This document shows positions 36,643 to 46,095 of a stretch of 64,000 nucleotides of DNA, piece after piece (position 1 is the stretch's first letter; each line of letters begins with the position of its first letter). The position numbers were made by a program, and so were the translations under genes. This DNA comes from a virus. The DNA lies in IMG/VR virus record IMGVR_UViG_3300047585_000133, positions 32,001 to 96,000 of that record, one strand, 5' to 3'. The notes beneath the pieces are model-generated. The model searched no databases. It saw only the letters and a program-made list of their open reading frames with translations, and was not told where the DNA came from.

Positions 36643-36965
36643 CCGGCTTTGTCCCGGTTGTCGGCTGCCGCGCCGTCCCGCTGGGTCCGCCAGATCATCA
36701 CCGTCCTCCACAGCACGTTGACGGTCACCAGTGCGAGGAAAACTACCTGCGTCCACTCCAGGGGGACGTCGGTGATGTGAAAGTCCAGGTGCAGCACCGA
36801 CGGGAACAGCGTCCCGGCGATCGACACTTCCAGCAGGACGGTGTTCCAGCCCCACCACGACAGGTGCCAGGGCCAGAAGAACCGGGTGACGAACGGGAAA
36901 AGCAGACTTACCCAGAACCCGATGTTCACTTCCCAGTGAACGGACAAAAGCAGAGCGTTATCCAT
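36639..36965 (-). CDS. three-TM membrane protein (holin-cassette-like)
   Basis: Three hydrophobic helices. Confidence 0.7.
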   Translation of the reverse strand: MDNALLLSVHWEVNIGFWVSLLFPFVTRFFWPWHLSWWGWNTVLLEVSIAGTLFPSVLHLDFHITDVPLEWTQVVFLALVTVNVLWRTVMIWRTQRDGAAADNRDKAG

Positions 36966-37161
36966 TGGGGCGGTCCTGCTGGGAACGCTGCTGGATGAGC
37001 ATGGTGATCGTCTCTATTACATGGTTCTTCGCACGGATCTCCCGCAGGGGAATGATCACCTGGTCCTTGTCCCTGGCCAGCAGGTGTTCAGCTGCCTTCC
37101 GCCTGGCACGGACTTCGACGAGTTCGGGAGACGGGAGCCTGTTCCTGCGAATTCGCCACAT
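36958..37161 (-). CDS. small basic protein of the membrane-gene trio
   Basis: GGAG RBS; LREIRAKNH motif. Confidence 0.6.
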   Translation of the reverse strand: MWRIRRNRLPSPELVEVRARRKAAEHLLARDKDQVIIPLREIRAKNHVIETITMLIQQRSQQDRPNG

Positions 37162-37162
37162 G

Positions 37163-37408
37163 TCACTCCAGGATCCTTGGAGCCCCGTGGGTCTGGAGGG
37201 CATCGGCAACGATACGGCCAGCAAGGATGCCGGCTTCCGCGCGGGCGCCCGCAAGCTCGGCGAGCCGTTTCCACTCATCCCTCTGTTCTTTCATATCGTC
37301 GTAGGAACTCTTCGAGTAGATCTGCCCGGTGACAAAAAGAACGAGCATGACGATGGCCACTCCGCCGCTTGTCCCGCCGAGCACCGTGAGGAGGTCACTC
37401 GCGCTCAC
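37163..37408 (-). CDS. single-TM membrane protein
   Basis: TM followed by coiled coil RDEWK. Confidence 0.65.
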   Translation of the reverse strand: MSASDLLTVLGGTSGGVAIVMLVLFVTGQIYSKSSYDDMKEQRDEWKRLAELAGARAEAGILAGRIVADALQTHGAPRILE

Positions 37409-37664
37409 TCGCCCTTCCCCCGTCCCATCGGTCACGGATCAGCCCGGCACTCATCCCACAGCTTCCAGGGTCAACCCAGGCGCCTATGCCATCCCAGGCA
37501 ACAGCAGGCACGATCATCCCCATGCGGGCTGCGAGTGCTTCGACGATCTCGCTGCTCTTCATGCCGGGCGCACCGAGGAACACTCCCCGCCCCTCGTACG
37601 GGTCGGCGGCGGCCATCTGCTCGCGGGTGACCGCTTCCATCCGGTAGCTGCCGAAGATGCTCAC
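37395..37664 (-). CDS. hypothetical protein
   Basis: GTGA coupling. Confidence 0.5.
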   Translation of the reverse strand: MSIFGSYRMEAVTREQMAAADPYEGRGVFLGAPGMKSSEIVEALAARMGMIVPAVAWDGIGAWVDPGSCGMSAGLIRDRWDGGRASERE

Positions 37665-40600
37665 GCGAACATCACGTCGTCGTCGTAGTTGTCAAGGTTG
37701 AGTCCCCTACGCTCAAGTTCACTGTCGGCATCCTCGTAATGCGTGCCCTCCAGGCGCAGCAGGTCCAGGTTCCGGGCCCGCTGCCCGCGTCCCTCCCGGA
37801 TCAGGTCGTCGGCTTCCGCTTGCGGCAGCACGTCGGCCGTCTTGGCGAGGTACTCCCTCGCCGCCACCGCGATATCCCCGTCGCCCTGACCGGGAGCAGA
37901 ATCGCCGGTATAGGACCTGGACGCGGCTGACCGCTGGAAGGACGCCACGATATCTTCGATACCTCCCTGCGGCAGCCCGGCCGGGACGTCCACCTCGTCG
38001 GAGTCGGCGCCGCCGCCGGACCACTGCTGGTTCCCGGTCGTCTGAATTGACGGGTCCTCCGGAGACAGGTACTCGTCCTGGGCGCCCATGCCCGGCTCCT
38101 GGGTGACCGGAGAAGGCTGCTGGGCCTGCGGGGAGGTCTCGCGGTTCAGGTCGCCCATCGGGGTGCCTGCGCCCCGCTGGAAGCTGGCCCCGAACTCGCC
38201 GAGCGCAGCGGTATCCAGCGGGGCACCCTGGCCCTGGCCCGTCCCCGCGTCACCGCCGCCGATCGTCCCGTCAGCCGCTGCCGTCGCCTCGATGTCCTCG
38301 CCGGTCGTCTCCGGGAGTGCGGCCTCCGGGTGATCCTTCAGCTCGGCTCTGGATTCTTCCATCCGGATGCCGTTCGGGTCACGCGGGCTGATCGCGGTCG
38401 ACGGACCGGCGGTGTTCGCCCGGTCGGAGTATCCGAAGCTGTCCTGGTTCTCCTGCTGCCATCCCTCAGTAGAAGGCCAGTGCACGTCTCCCGGTACCGG
38501 CTGCTGCGCGGCGGTATTGCTCAGCGGCATCTGAAGGGCGCTGCCGTCCTGGATGCCGCCCCAGTTCTCCGGGTCGGGAGCGGCCAGGAAGCCGTAGGAG
38601 GCCGGGCTCTGGTCCTTGTTGGGCGGGGACGTCGCGCCGTAGGGCTTCTGCGTCGGGTGCTCGGAGACGTTCTGGCTGCCCCAGGAGCTGTTCGCCTGGT
38701 CGGCGGTGACGGCGAAGGACTCGACGGCGCGCAGCGGCACAGGATCGCCCGGCTCCTCGTGCCGGTGCGGGAGGCGGACCGCTGCGCCGTTGTCGTGCAG
38801 CGCCTGGTGGAATGCGTCAGCCGATTCCAGGCTCCCGGTCCGGCGCGCCACCGAATCCTCCGGCAGGCCGTGCGCCACCTGAAGGTGGCGCGCCATCAGG
38901 CCAGTGGAGCGCGCCAGGTCGGCGACGGAGCACATCCCGGCCAAGAGCCGGAGCGCGCCAATCTCGTCCGGGTCTTCTTTGGCGCGCACCAGCGCGGTAG
39001 TGGCACGGTGTGATGGCGCACCACGGGCGATTTCCCATTCGTCGCGCTCCTCCGGAGTCCAGTCCCAGTCGCGTGCCTCATCCGGGGTGGCGCGGTGCAC
39101 CATGCTGCTCCGGCGCGCCAGCGGAGCGCGCCACTCCTCGCTCCACCGGCCCCGGTGCGGCGCGCCGTCGTACGGCGGCATCGACTTCACCACGACCGAG
39201 GACGGCGACCAGGAAGCGGGCTCGGCATCGGAGTCGAAGGACCGGCCGAACATGCCGCGCGACTGAGCCTCGAACTGGAGAGCCATCACGTGGCTGCACG
39301 GGCGGCCGGCGTACCGGCTGCTCGCCGTCTTCTGGTGGAAAGATGCCCAGGGGCACCCGCAGGCCCAGTGAGATATCGTCTGCCGCTTGCCGACAGGCCG
39401 CTGGATGCCGGACTCGTAGGTGTCGTGGTCGCCCCGCACCTCGCCGATCACCATGCCCGCCGAGGCGTGGGTGATCCGGACGTAGCCTTCGGCCCGGATC
39501 CGCTTCGCCTTCGCCACCACGTCGCTCCAGGCGGCGGTGAACTCGAACCGGAAGTCCCGGTTTCCGGCGGCGGCGGTGAACATCGCGAGCGCCGCGTCCT
39601 TGCTGAACGGGGTGTCCTCGTCGCCCTTGCCGGTGTCGTTCGGGTCTGTTCCCGCAGACTGGTCGTTGTCGTCGTCCTGGTCCCCGCCGCCGCCGCTGTC
39701 CCCGTCGTCCGGGGCGAAGGGGGCAGCAGGCGGAGTACCGCGTTTCACTTTCCCGTCGTCGCGGCCCTGGGTCCAGGCGCGGTTCCGCTCGCTGACCTCT
39801 GCCCCGGCGGCGGGCCACTCGTCCGGGTCGGCGGGCGGCATGTCGTCCGGGTTCCCGGGGATCCCGGCCGGGGGGATATCCGCCGGATTGTCCTCTTCGC
39901 CGTCCCCGATGGCCTGCGGGGAGTCGTTACCGGGGCCTGCTTCGTCCTCGTCGCCGTCCTCGTCGCCGTCCAGGTCGTTGCCCGGGTCGTCGTGCTCGTG
40001 GGCGGGAGCCGGGCTGTCGTCTTCACTGCCATGATTATGGTCGTGCACGTGCACGTGCACGTTGAGCGCCGACATCATCCGGCGGAACCGCGCCGGGTCG
40101 GTCTGCTGGTACACGGCCGGGTCCGGGGCCGGCTTCACTCTCCTCAGCCGGTCCATGGCGCGGGCAGGGTCTTTCGACGAGCCGCCGTGCTCCGGGGCCA
40201 CGATGGGATATCCCTCGGGGGTACGCATGCGCGGGGTACTGAAGATCGACGGGCCGAACATGTTGCTCAGCGATTCCTCGCGGTCCGGACCCTGCTCGTC
40301 TTCCGGCTCGGTGTGGCTGTGGTTCGCCATCCCGGCGTCGTGCATGCCCTGGTGCAGGTCCTGGATCCGGTCCCCGTGCGCCCGGATCCGGTTGAACTGC
40401 GTCTCGCCCCAGCCGTGGCCGTCGCGCATGTGGTCTTCCCACTGGCTGTCGGCCGATGCCTCCACCGGGCCGATGCCCTCTCCCTGCGCCTCTTTCATCC
40501 GTTCTTCCACCTGGGACCTCGGCGGAGTATTGCGGCCGAGGAACTCCCCCGACGGCACGAAATCGCCCTCGGTGATACCGGGCGGGACCGTCTGCCAGCT

Positions 40601-41752
40601 GTGCAGGTGCTCGCGCTGCGGCCCGGTCCACGGCACCCGGGCTCCGGTGAACTGGTGGGAGCTGCTGGCGTCGTCTCCGAGGTCCCAGTGCGGGTCGAAG
40701 TCGTACTCGTCGGGATGGCCGTGGCCGACGTCGCCGTAGGCGTGCTGGGCGTCGTGGTCTTCCGACAGCATCCGCCGCTGGGCATCGCTCATACCGGGAG
40801 TCTGGGGCGGGAAGCCGTGCTCTTCCTCCATGTGCCGGGGCAGGTTGTCCAGTGCTGCGGTGAAGGCGCCGATCTCCAGTCCGGGGCCGCCGCCGGCTGA
40901 CATTCCCTCGGGGTACATGCCGACGGTGGCGGCGTTCTCGTTCTTCTTGTCGCCGTGCTGCGACTTCGGCAGCGCCTGGTTCCATCTGGGGTCGCCGTCA
41001 CCCTCGGTGGAACGGTCATCGTAGGAGTCCGGGTCGCCGGCACGCGGGACAGTGCCGTGCTGCGGGGCGTCGCCGTGGCCGTCGATGTTCGTGCCGTTGA
41101 TGTCGGTGGCATGACGGCGGGAGCCAAGGTACTGCCCGCTGGCATCGTCGCCGTGCTCCCACAGAGGGTCAAGTTCTCCCTCATGCTGGTGATCGGCGTC
41201 CCCGCTGTCGTGCAGCTGGTCGTGCGCGTGCGCCATGGTGAACTGCCAGGACGGATCACGGTGGTTGGCGCGGTCGAATATCTCTTTACCGTGGTCCTCC
41301 ACCAGGTGGCGCTTCAGGGCCAGGTACTCAGCGCTCGACCCGGTTACGCTGATCGCCGTGGCATGGTGGCGCATGCCGACCAGTCCGGCAGCTTCCTCCA
41401 TCTCGGCGAGCCGCGCCATCACCGGGCTTGTCATCCACGGCGGGGGCGGTGCCTCCTGCTGGGGTCCGAGGTGCTCTTCCGTCCAGTCCTGCTCGGCGGG
41501 CTCGGCCCAGTCCATGCCGGTGTCGCCTTCGCCGCCGTTGTACCCGCCGTTGCGGGGGTCTTCCTCGGTGCCGTAGGCGGCGGCGGTCTTCGACCCGATG
41601 ACGGTGATCTGGCTGCCTGGATCGGGCCGGTCAGACAGGATGCTGCCCATCTCCGGGTAGTCATGAGCCGCTGTGCGGTGCTGCTGCTCCTGCTCGTCCT
41701 CAGGCTCGTCGTCGTTGAGCTGGGACAGCCTGGTGCTGTGCTTCCGGATCAT
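37661..41752 (-). CDS. large mosaic head-module protein with SWIM zinc finger and His-rich repeats
   Basis: GGGAGG RBS at MIRKH; WACGCPW...CSHVMAL SWIM; four HxxxxHG modules. Confidence 0.8.
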   Translation of the reverse strand: MIRKHSTRLSQLNDDEPEDEQEQQHRTAAHDYPEMGSILSDRPDPGSQITVIGSKTAAAYGTEEDPRNGGYNGGEGDTGMDWAEPAEQDWTEEHLGPQQEAPPPPWMTSPVMARLAEMEEAAGLVGMRHHATAISVTGSSAEYLALKRHLVEDHGKEIFDRANHRDPSWQFTMAHAHDQLHDSGDADHQHEGELDPLWEHGDDASGQYLGSRRHATDINGTNIDGHGDAPQHGTVPRAGDPDSYDDRSTEGDGDPRWNQALPKSQHGDKKNENAATVGMYPEGMSAGGGPGLEIGAFTAALDNLPRHMEEEHGFPPQTPGMSDAQRRMLSEDHDAQHAYGDVGHGHPDEYDFDPHWDLGDDASSSHQFTGARVPWTGPQREHLHSWQTVPPGITEGDFVPSGEFLGRNTPPRSQVEERMKEAQGEGIGPVEASADSQWEDHMRDGHGWGETQFNRIRAHGDRIQDLHQGMHDAGMANHSHTEPEDEQGPDREESLSNMFGPSIFSTPRMRTPEGYPIVAPEHGGSSKDPARAMDRLRRVKPAPDPAVYQQTDPARFRRMMSALNVHVHVHDHNHGSEDDSPAPAHEHDDPGNDLDGDEDGDEDEAGPGNDSPQAIGDGEEDNPADIPPAGIPGNPDDMPPADPDEWPAAGAEVSERNRAWTQGRDDGKVKRGTPPAAPFAPDDGDSGGGGDQDDDNDQSAGTDPNDTGKGDEDTPFSKDAALAMFTAAAGNRDFRFEFTAAWSDVVAKAKRIRAEGYVRITHASAGMVIGEVRGDHDTYESGIQRPVGKRQTISHWACGCPWASFHQKTASSRYAGRPCSHVMALQFEAQSRGMFGRSFDSDAEPASWSPSSVVVKSMPPYDGAPHRGRWSEEWRAPLARRSSMVHRATPDEARDWDWTPEERDEWEIARGAPSHRATTALVRAKEDPDEIGALRLLAGMCSVADLARSTGLMARHLQVAHGLPEDSVARRTGSLESADAFHQALHDNGAAVRLPHRHEEPGDPVPLRAVESFAVTADQANSSWGSQNVSEHPTQKPYGATSPPNKDQSPASYGFLAAPDPENWGGIQDGSALQMPLSNTAAQQPVPGDVHWPSTEGWQQENQDSFGYSDRANTAGPSTAISPRDPNGIRMEESRAELKDHPEAALPETTGEDIEATAAADGTIGGGDAGTGQGQGAPLDTAALGEFGASFQRGAGTPMGDLNRETSPQAQQPSPVTQEPGMGAQDEYLSPEDPSIQTTGNQQWSGGGADSDEVDVPAGLPQGGIEDIVASFQRSAASRSYTGDSAPGQGDGDIAVAAREYLAKTADVLPQAEADDLIREGRGQRARNLDLLRLEGTHYEDADSELERRGLNLDNYDDDVMFA

Positions 41753-41792
41753 TGCCGCCTCCCTTACTTCTTCCCTGGAACGGCCGGAAGCG

Positions 41793-41821
41793 TTGAGGAA
41801 TACAGCTTTTATTGATATTGT
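41793..41821 (+). promoter_or_regulatory. promoter with 19-bp motif as spacer
   Basis: TTGAGG-AATACAGCTTTTATTGA-TATTGT; leaderless ATG 6 nt later. Confidence 0.8.
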
Positions 41822-41827
41822 CCTGTC

Positions 41828-42067
41828 ATGACGCCGATTAACGAGGCCCAGATCCGCGAAGACCACTACGACGAGGACATCCTGGAGATCTACGAGAACG
41901 CCGGGGTGCTGGCGTCCGACCAGGACCAGGTCACCTTCATCACCGACAGCGAAGGCAAGCGCGTCTTCGCGATCGTCCCCGTCGAGTTCGCCGAGCACGC
42001 ACTAGACCGGGAGGACGTGGCGACCTTCGCGGCCCGCGCCGGGCTCCTGAGCCGCAGGCTCAGGTGA
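41828..42067 (+). CDS. Phd/YefM-like small protein
   Basis: VTFIT..GKRVFAIVPVE; leaderless. Confidence 0.55.
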   Translation: MTPINEAQIREDHYDEDILEIYENAGVLASDQDQVTFITDSEGKRVFAIVPVEFAEHALDREDVATFAARAGLLSRRLR

Positions 42068-42203
42068 ACTGCGCTATCTGCGGCCACCCGGACGACGAGC
42101 ACAGCATCGCGCCCGGATTTACCGGGTGGCCAGCGAACAAGCTGGCATGTCCGCAGTGTCCGGACGGCCTGTGTCTCCTGCCGGAAGCAGAGGAGGACCG
42201 CTG

Positions 42204-42617
42204 GTGCAGTTCCTGGCCCTGATCGGCGTCGTCGTGCTGATCCTCCTGGTCTGCTGGGGAGGCGTCGAGCTGAACGACCTGATCCACCAGTACCCCGGGC
42301 AGTTCTACATGGGCGTCTTCGCCGTCCTGTTCATCGCCGCAGCCGCCGGGGCGGCGCGGTTCTACCGGGTTACGCACGACCAGGTGCCGCTGCGGCCGAA
42401 GGTCCCGGAGATGCCGAAGGCGATCGAGGCCGTCCCCCTGGTGACGGCTATCGCCGCGCCGCATACCGAGGAGGCGCAGGCCTGCGAGGGACCAGGATGC
42501 GGCAACAAGGTGGACGACGACCCGTGGACGGCCGCACCCGAGGACGATCCGGACGACAAGCACCGTTTCTGCTCGCACCGCTGCGCCCGGCGCTGGAGCG
42601 ACCGTCAGCCGGTGTAG
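42204..42617 (+). CDS. two-TM protein with C-terminal Cys cluster
   Basis: AGGAGG RBS; CEGPGC...FCSHRC. Confidence 0.7.
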   Translation: MQFLALIGVVVLILLVCWGGVELNDLIHQYPGQFYMGVFAVLFIAAAAGAARFYRVTHDQVPLRPKVPEMPKAIEAVPLVTAIAAPHTEEAQACEGPGCGNKVDDDPWTAAPEDDPDDKHRFCSHRCARRWSDRQPV

Positions 42618-43978
42618 TTGTAGTTGTAACCCGCGTAGGTGTCGACGGTGGATGCCAGCGCGTAGTTGGTGACGGTCCCGCTGGTGGTCGCGGCGGCGCT
42701 GTAGCCGTTGAGCATGCCCACCCCGCCGACCTTGAACGGGGCGGCGCCCAGGCTGGTAGCGATGATCCCGTAGCGCGGACCGATGGTACCGGAGCCGCCG
42801 TCGCCGATCCCCGTGGTGACGACGGGGCAGCCGCCGACGTACACCGGCAGGCCCGCCGACCCGCCGGCCGCCGCGCTGTAGTTGACGTCGATGCCGGCCC
42901 AGCTGCCCGCTGCCCCCGACTCTCCCTTGCCGTCCCGGCGGCAGCTCGGACTGGTGAGCTGGATCATGCAGGCTCCGGTCCCGGCTCCCTGGCCGGTCTG
43001 GAAGGTGGCGTCGCACCGGATGCCCGACTGGGTGTTCGCATCGGTCGAGAAGCTGTCGAAGGTGGCGTACCCGGGGGCGTACGTCCAGTCGTACGGCGTG
43101 CCGCCGTCGGTGATGTTGGTGAGGTGAAGCCCGTACCCTCCGTTCCACTCTCCACGGCAGTGGCTCCAGTGGCTGTTGTCTCCCCCGCAGATCTGCCAGC
43201 CGTCCCCGCCGCAGCCGATGATGTAGCAGAAATGGAACTGGGAGTCCTCGGGGTAGATCAGCCTCGCGCCGTTCAGCGCACACGAATCGATGGTGACGTT
43301 GCTCCAGATCTGCCCGTCGGCGCCGATGGGGGTCGCCGTGGTGTCCACGTGAGTGTTGACGCCGTTCCCCGACATCTCCACGATGCTCACGTAGCTCATG
43401 GTCAGGAAGGCGGGCCCGTTGACCACGATGCCGTCCACCGGCTCGGCGGTATAGGCGGAGCCGACGATGCCGAAACCGGACAGGATCGGGGCGTTCACGG
43501 CCGTCGAGTCGGCGGTGTCGTCGCACGCGAACACGTAACTGCCGGAGAAGCTGCTGGAGACGACGAAAACCGAGCCGTTCATGTTCGCGGTGCCGGTCAC
43601 CGATCCGCCCTGAACGCCGGCACCCTGAAGGACCAGGTTCTTCGGCAGCACCTGCCCGGCGGTCACGCTGAACCGGCCCGGGGGAACCGTGAGGCCGTAC
43701 GGCGCCGGGTAGACGGCGGTCGCCGCCGCGCAGGCATTCGCCAGGGGCGTCGCGACCGACGTCGTCCCGGTCGGGTCGGCTCCGAAGTCCCGCACCAGGT
43801 TGGCCCACCCGGTGATCACCTTGCCGGCCCGCGCCAGCGTCAGGGTCTTGTTCGACCCCGAGGAGTTGGCCGGGGCCGTCGTGGTGTCAGCCGGGTCCAG
43901 GACGAGCAGCGAGACAGCTGCCGTGGGGTTCGTCAGCGCCGTGAGGGCTGTCCCGCCGGCCATATCGTAGTTGGGCAC
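42605..43978 (-). CDS. beta-helix (pectate-lyase-like) tailspike/depolymerase
   Basis: VRDFGADPTG.T, PPGRF, parallel beta-helix repeats. Confidence 0.8.
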   Translation of the reverse strand: MPNYDMAGGTALTALTNPTAAVSLLVLDPADTTTAPANSSGSNKTLTLARAGKVITGWANLVRDFGADPTGTTSVATPLANACAAATAVYPAPYGLTVPPGRFSVTAGQVLPKNLVLQGAGVQGGSVTGTANMNGSVFVVSSSFSGSYVFACDDTADSTAVNAPILSGFGIVGSAYTAEPVDGIVVNGPAFLTMSYVSIVEMSGNGVNTHVDTTATPIGADGQIWSNVTIDSCALNGARLIYPEDSQFHFCYIIGCGGDGWQICGGDNSHWSHCRGEWNGGYGLHLTNITDGGTPYDWTYAPGYATFDSFSTDANTQSGIRCDATFQTGQGAGTGACMIQLTSPSCRRDGKGESGAAGSWAGIDVNYSAAAGGSAGLPVYVGGCPVVTTGIGDGGSGTIGPRYGIIATSLGAAPFKVGGVGMLNGYSAAATTSGTVTNYALASTVDTYAGYNYNYTG

Positions 43979-44008
43979 CGCACCGCCTCTCCGGTCATTC
44001 CTTCCGGG

Positions 44009-46057
44009 TCAGGAGACGCGCTCGAAGGACGACGAGGCGATCGTGACGGTGTTCGACGTGTTCGCTGTCGCCCACGTCCAGTCCAGGGACAGGTTCTCCG
44101 CCGAGCTGGTGGTTACCGTCACTGCCGAGGAAGCCTGGTTGAACCAGACGACGGATGCGGTAGTAGCCGTCGGACGGTACGTCAGCTGAAGCCAGCCGAC
44201 GGCAGTCGTCGTCGTGTAGAACTCGATCTCGCCTTCGATCTTGACGGGGACAGCCGCCAGGCTCGCCGGAGACGCCGGAGCGGACGTGCCGGTCACCAGG
44301 GAGACGACCAGCGTGCCCGTCGTACCGCCCCACCGCAGGTCCACCGTGATCACGCCGGGCGTGGCCTCCGTGGTCAGCGTGCCGTGCGCCGTCACCCTGT
44401 ACTTCGCCCCGGCGACAGGATCGTGAGCGGGCACGCTGACCGACCCGAGAGACCCGATCGCGTTCGTGTCCCCGACGGTAACCGGGGACACGGCCGCCGG
44501 CTGCGCCTGCTGGAGCAGGCCGCCGAGTCCGGCTCCGGTGACCGACCCGAGATTGCCGTAACCGAGTCCGGCCGGGTCGTAGCCGACCAGCTGGGCGAAA
44601 TACGGCGACGCAGCCGGGAACGCCGTCTGCCCCTGGACCGCAGCACCGGGATTTCCCGTAAGGTACAAGGGACTGCCAACGGCGGCCTGGGTGTAGTCGA
44701 TGATGACGACGCCGCCGCCGTTGACGTAGTTGACTGTCTCGTTGACGCCTTCGTTTACCCCGGTCACCGAGTTGCCGATGACCAGGACATTGGTCATCGT
44801 GCCGTCCAGCTGGACACCGTACGACTGGCTCCCCGGCGGGTCGTATGAATTATTGGCCCCTGTAACATCGGCCACCGTGATATTGGTGCAGGTGCCAGTC
44901 AGGTTAACGCCGCATCCGGTGGTAACGTCCGTCCCGGAGGAATTGGTGTCGCACTCGCCGCCGACGATGGTGGTGTAGGAGGCGCTGCTCAGGGTGACTC
45001 CGTGGAGGGCGCACTGCTGGAACGAGCAGCCGATGACCCGCTGGTAGCTGGCGGCACTGTACAGGCCGACGGCCGTCGTGGAAGTCCATGCTCCGCTTGC
45101 CTCTGAATAGCCGGCGTAAAATCCTTTGCAGCCGTTGAGGATATTGTTGCCCGAAGCAGCTTCAAAATGCATTGCGTCCAGGCCGGAATGCCCGCTGATA
45201 AAGTTAGTGAAGTGGTTGTCGGTGGCCCCTACGCCGTCAGATGCTGCGCCGTCTCCGCAGTAGAGCCCGTATCCGCTGCAGTTGTACTGAATGCAGTCGG
45301 TCATCCGCATGCTGCGGACCTGGTTATCGAAATTATACGCATTGCCGTTAGCGGCCAGTACGACGATGCCGGTAAGCGTATGCATCTGGTCGTACGGCAC
45401 CCATTGCACTTCAGGAGCGAAACCTGTGTTATCCAGGCCGATCCCGCCGCAGATATTATCGCAATTCAGGACAAAATTACGGAGCTTTACCTGCTTGGTC
45501 GTTGCGGGAGTTTTGAGGGCTATCGCGTAGCCGGTAGTTCCGGTGGCCACCTGGAGAGTAGCGCCGTTTCCTTCGATGCCCCCGAGAGAATCCGGGAGCA
45601 GGTTCGTGACGTAGTACAGGGCGCCGGTCGCGAGGGAGGCGAGCTGGCCGGCCTGGGCGACCGCGTTGATCGCGCTGGTGTCCGTCGCGCCGCTCGTGTC
45701 GCCGGACGGCAGGACCAGTCCCGTGGTACCAGCCTGGACCAGTTCCTCCAGGGCGGCGGCGGTGATCACGTTCTCGACGGTGAACCCGCTCGTATGGGTG
45801 ACCGGGGTCGTGCCTTCGGCTCCGCGTGTTACCGTCCACGTAGTGCCGCTGACGTTGGTGACGATCATCTTCTCCGACGAGGCTGCCGGGTCGGTGACCC
45901 GGAAGAACGTCGGCGGGGAGGCCGTCGAGCTGGCCGCCGGGAACCCGGTGCTGGCCGCCACGGTCCACGTCTGGGAAGTGCCGGCTGAGGGCGCGGTGGT
46001 CCCGCCGCTGGACACGGTGGTCTGCGCCTGGTTGGCGAAAAGCTCAAGCCCGGCCAA
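44009..46057 (-). CDS. beta-helix tail fibre/tailspike
   Basis: N-terminal anchor WTVTRGAEGT; PSGDTSGATD..AIN; beta-helix repeats. Confidence 0.8.
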   Translation of the reverse strand: MAGLELFANQAQTTVSSGGTTAPSAGTSQTWTVAASTGFPAASSTASPPTFFRVTDPAASSEKMIVTNVSGTTWTVTRGAEGTTPVTHTSGFTVENVITAAALEELVQAGTTGLVLPSGDTSGATDTSAINAVAQAGQLASLATGALYYVTNLLPDSLGGIEGNGATLQVATGTTGYAIALKTPATTKQVKLRNFVLNCDNICGGIGLDNTGFAPEVQWVPYDQMHTLTGIVVLAANGNAYNFDNQVRSMRMTDCIQYNCSGYGLYCGDGAASDGVGATDNHFTNFISGHSGLDAMHFEAASGNNILNGCKGFYAGYSEASGAWTSTTAVGLYSAASYQRVIGCSFQQCALHGVTLSSASYTTIVGGECDTNSSGTDVTTGCGVNLTGTCTNITVADVTGANNSYDPPGSQSYGVQLDGTMTNVLVIGNSVTGVNEGVNETVNYVNGGGVVIIDYTQAAVGSPLYLTGNPGAAVQGQTAFPAASPYFAQLVGYDPAGLGYGNLGSVTGAGLGGLLQQAQPAAVSPVTVGDTNAIGSLGSVSVPAHDPVAGAKYRVTAHGTLTTEATPGVITVDLRWGGTTGTLVVSLVTGTSAPASPASLAAVPVKIEGEIEFYTTTTAVGWLQLTYRPTATTASVVWFNQASSAVTVTTSSAENLSLDWTWATANTSNTVTIASSSFERVS

Positions 46058-46095
46058 GTTCCCCTCCGGAAGTAGTGCTCAGGACTTCCGTGGGC

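Noticed and set aside
41753-41998. N-terminal extension of the 1445-aa ORF
   Set aside because: It overlaps a divergent promoter and gene; a strong RBS places the start at 41752.
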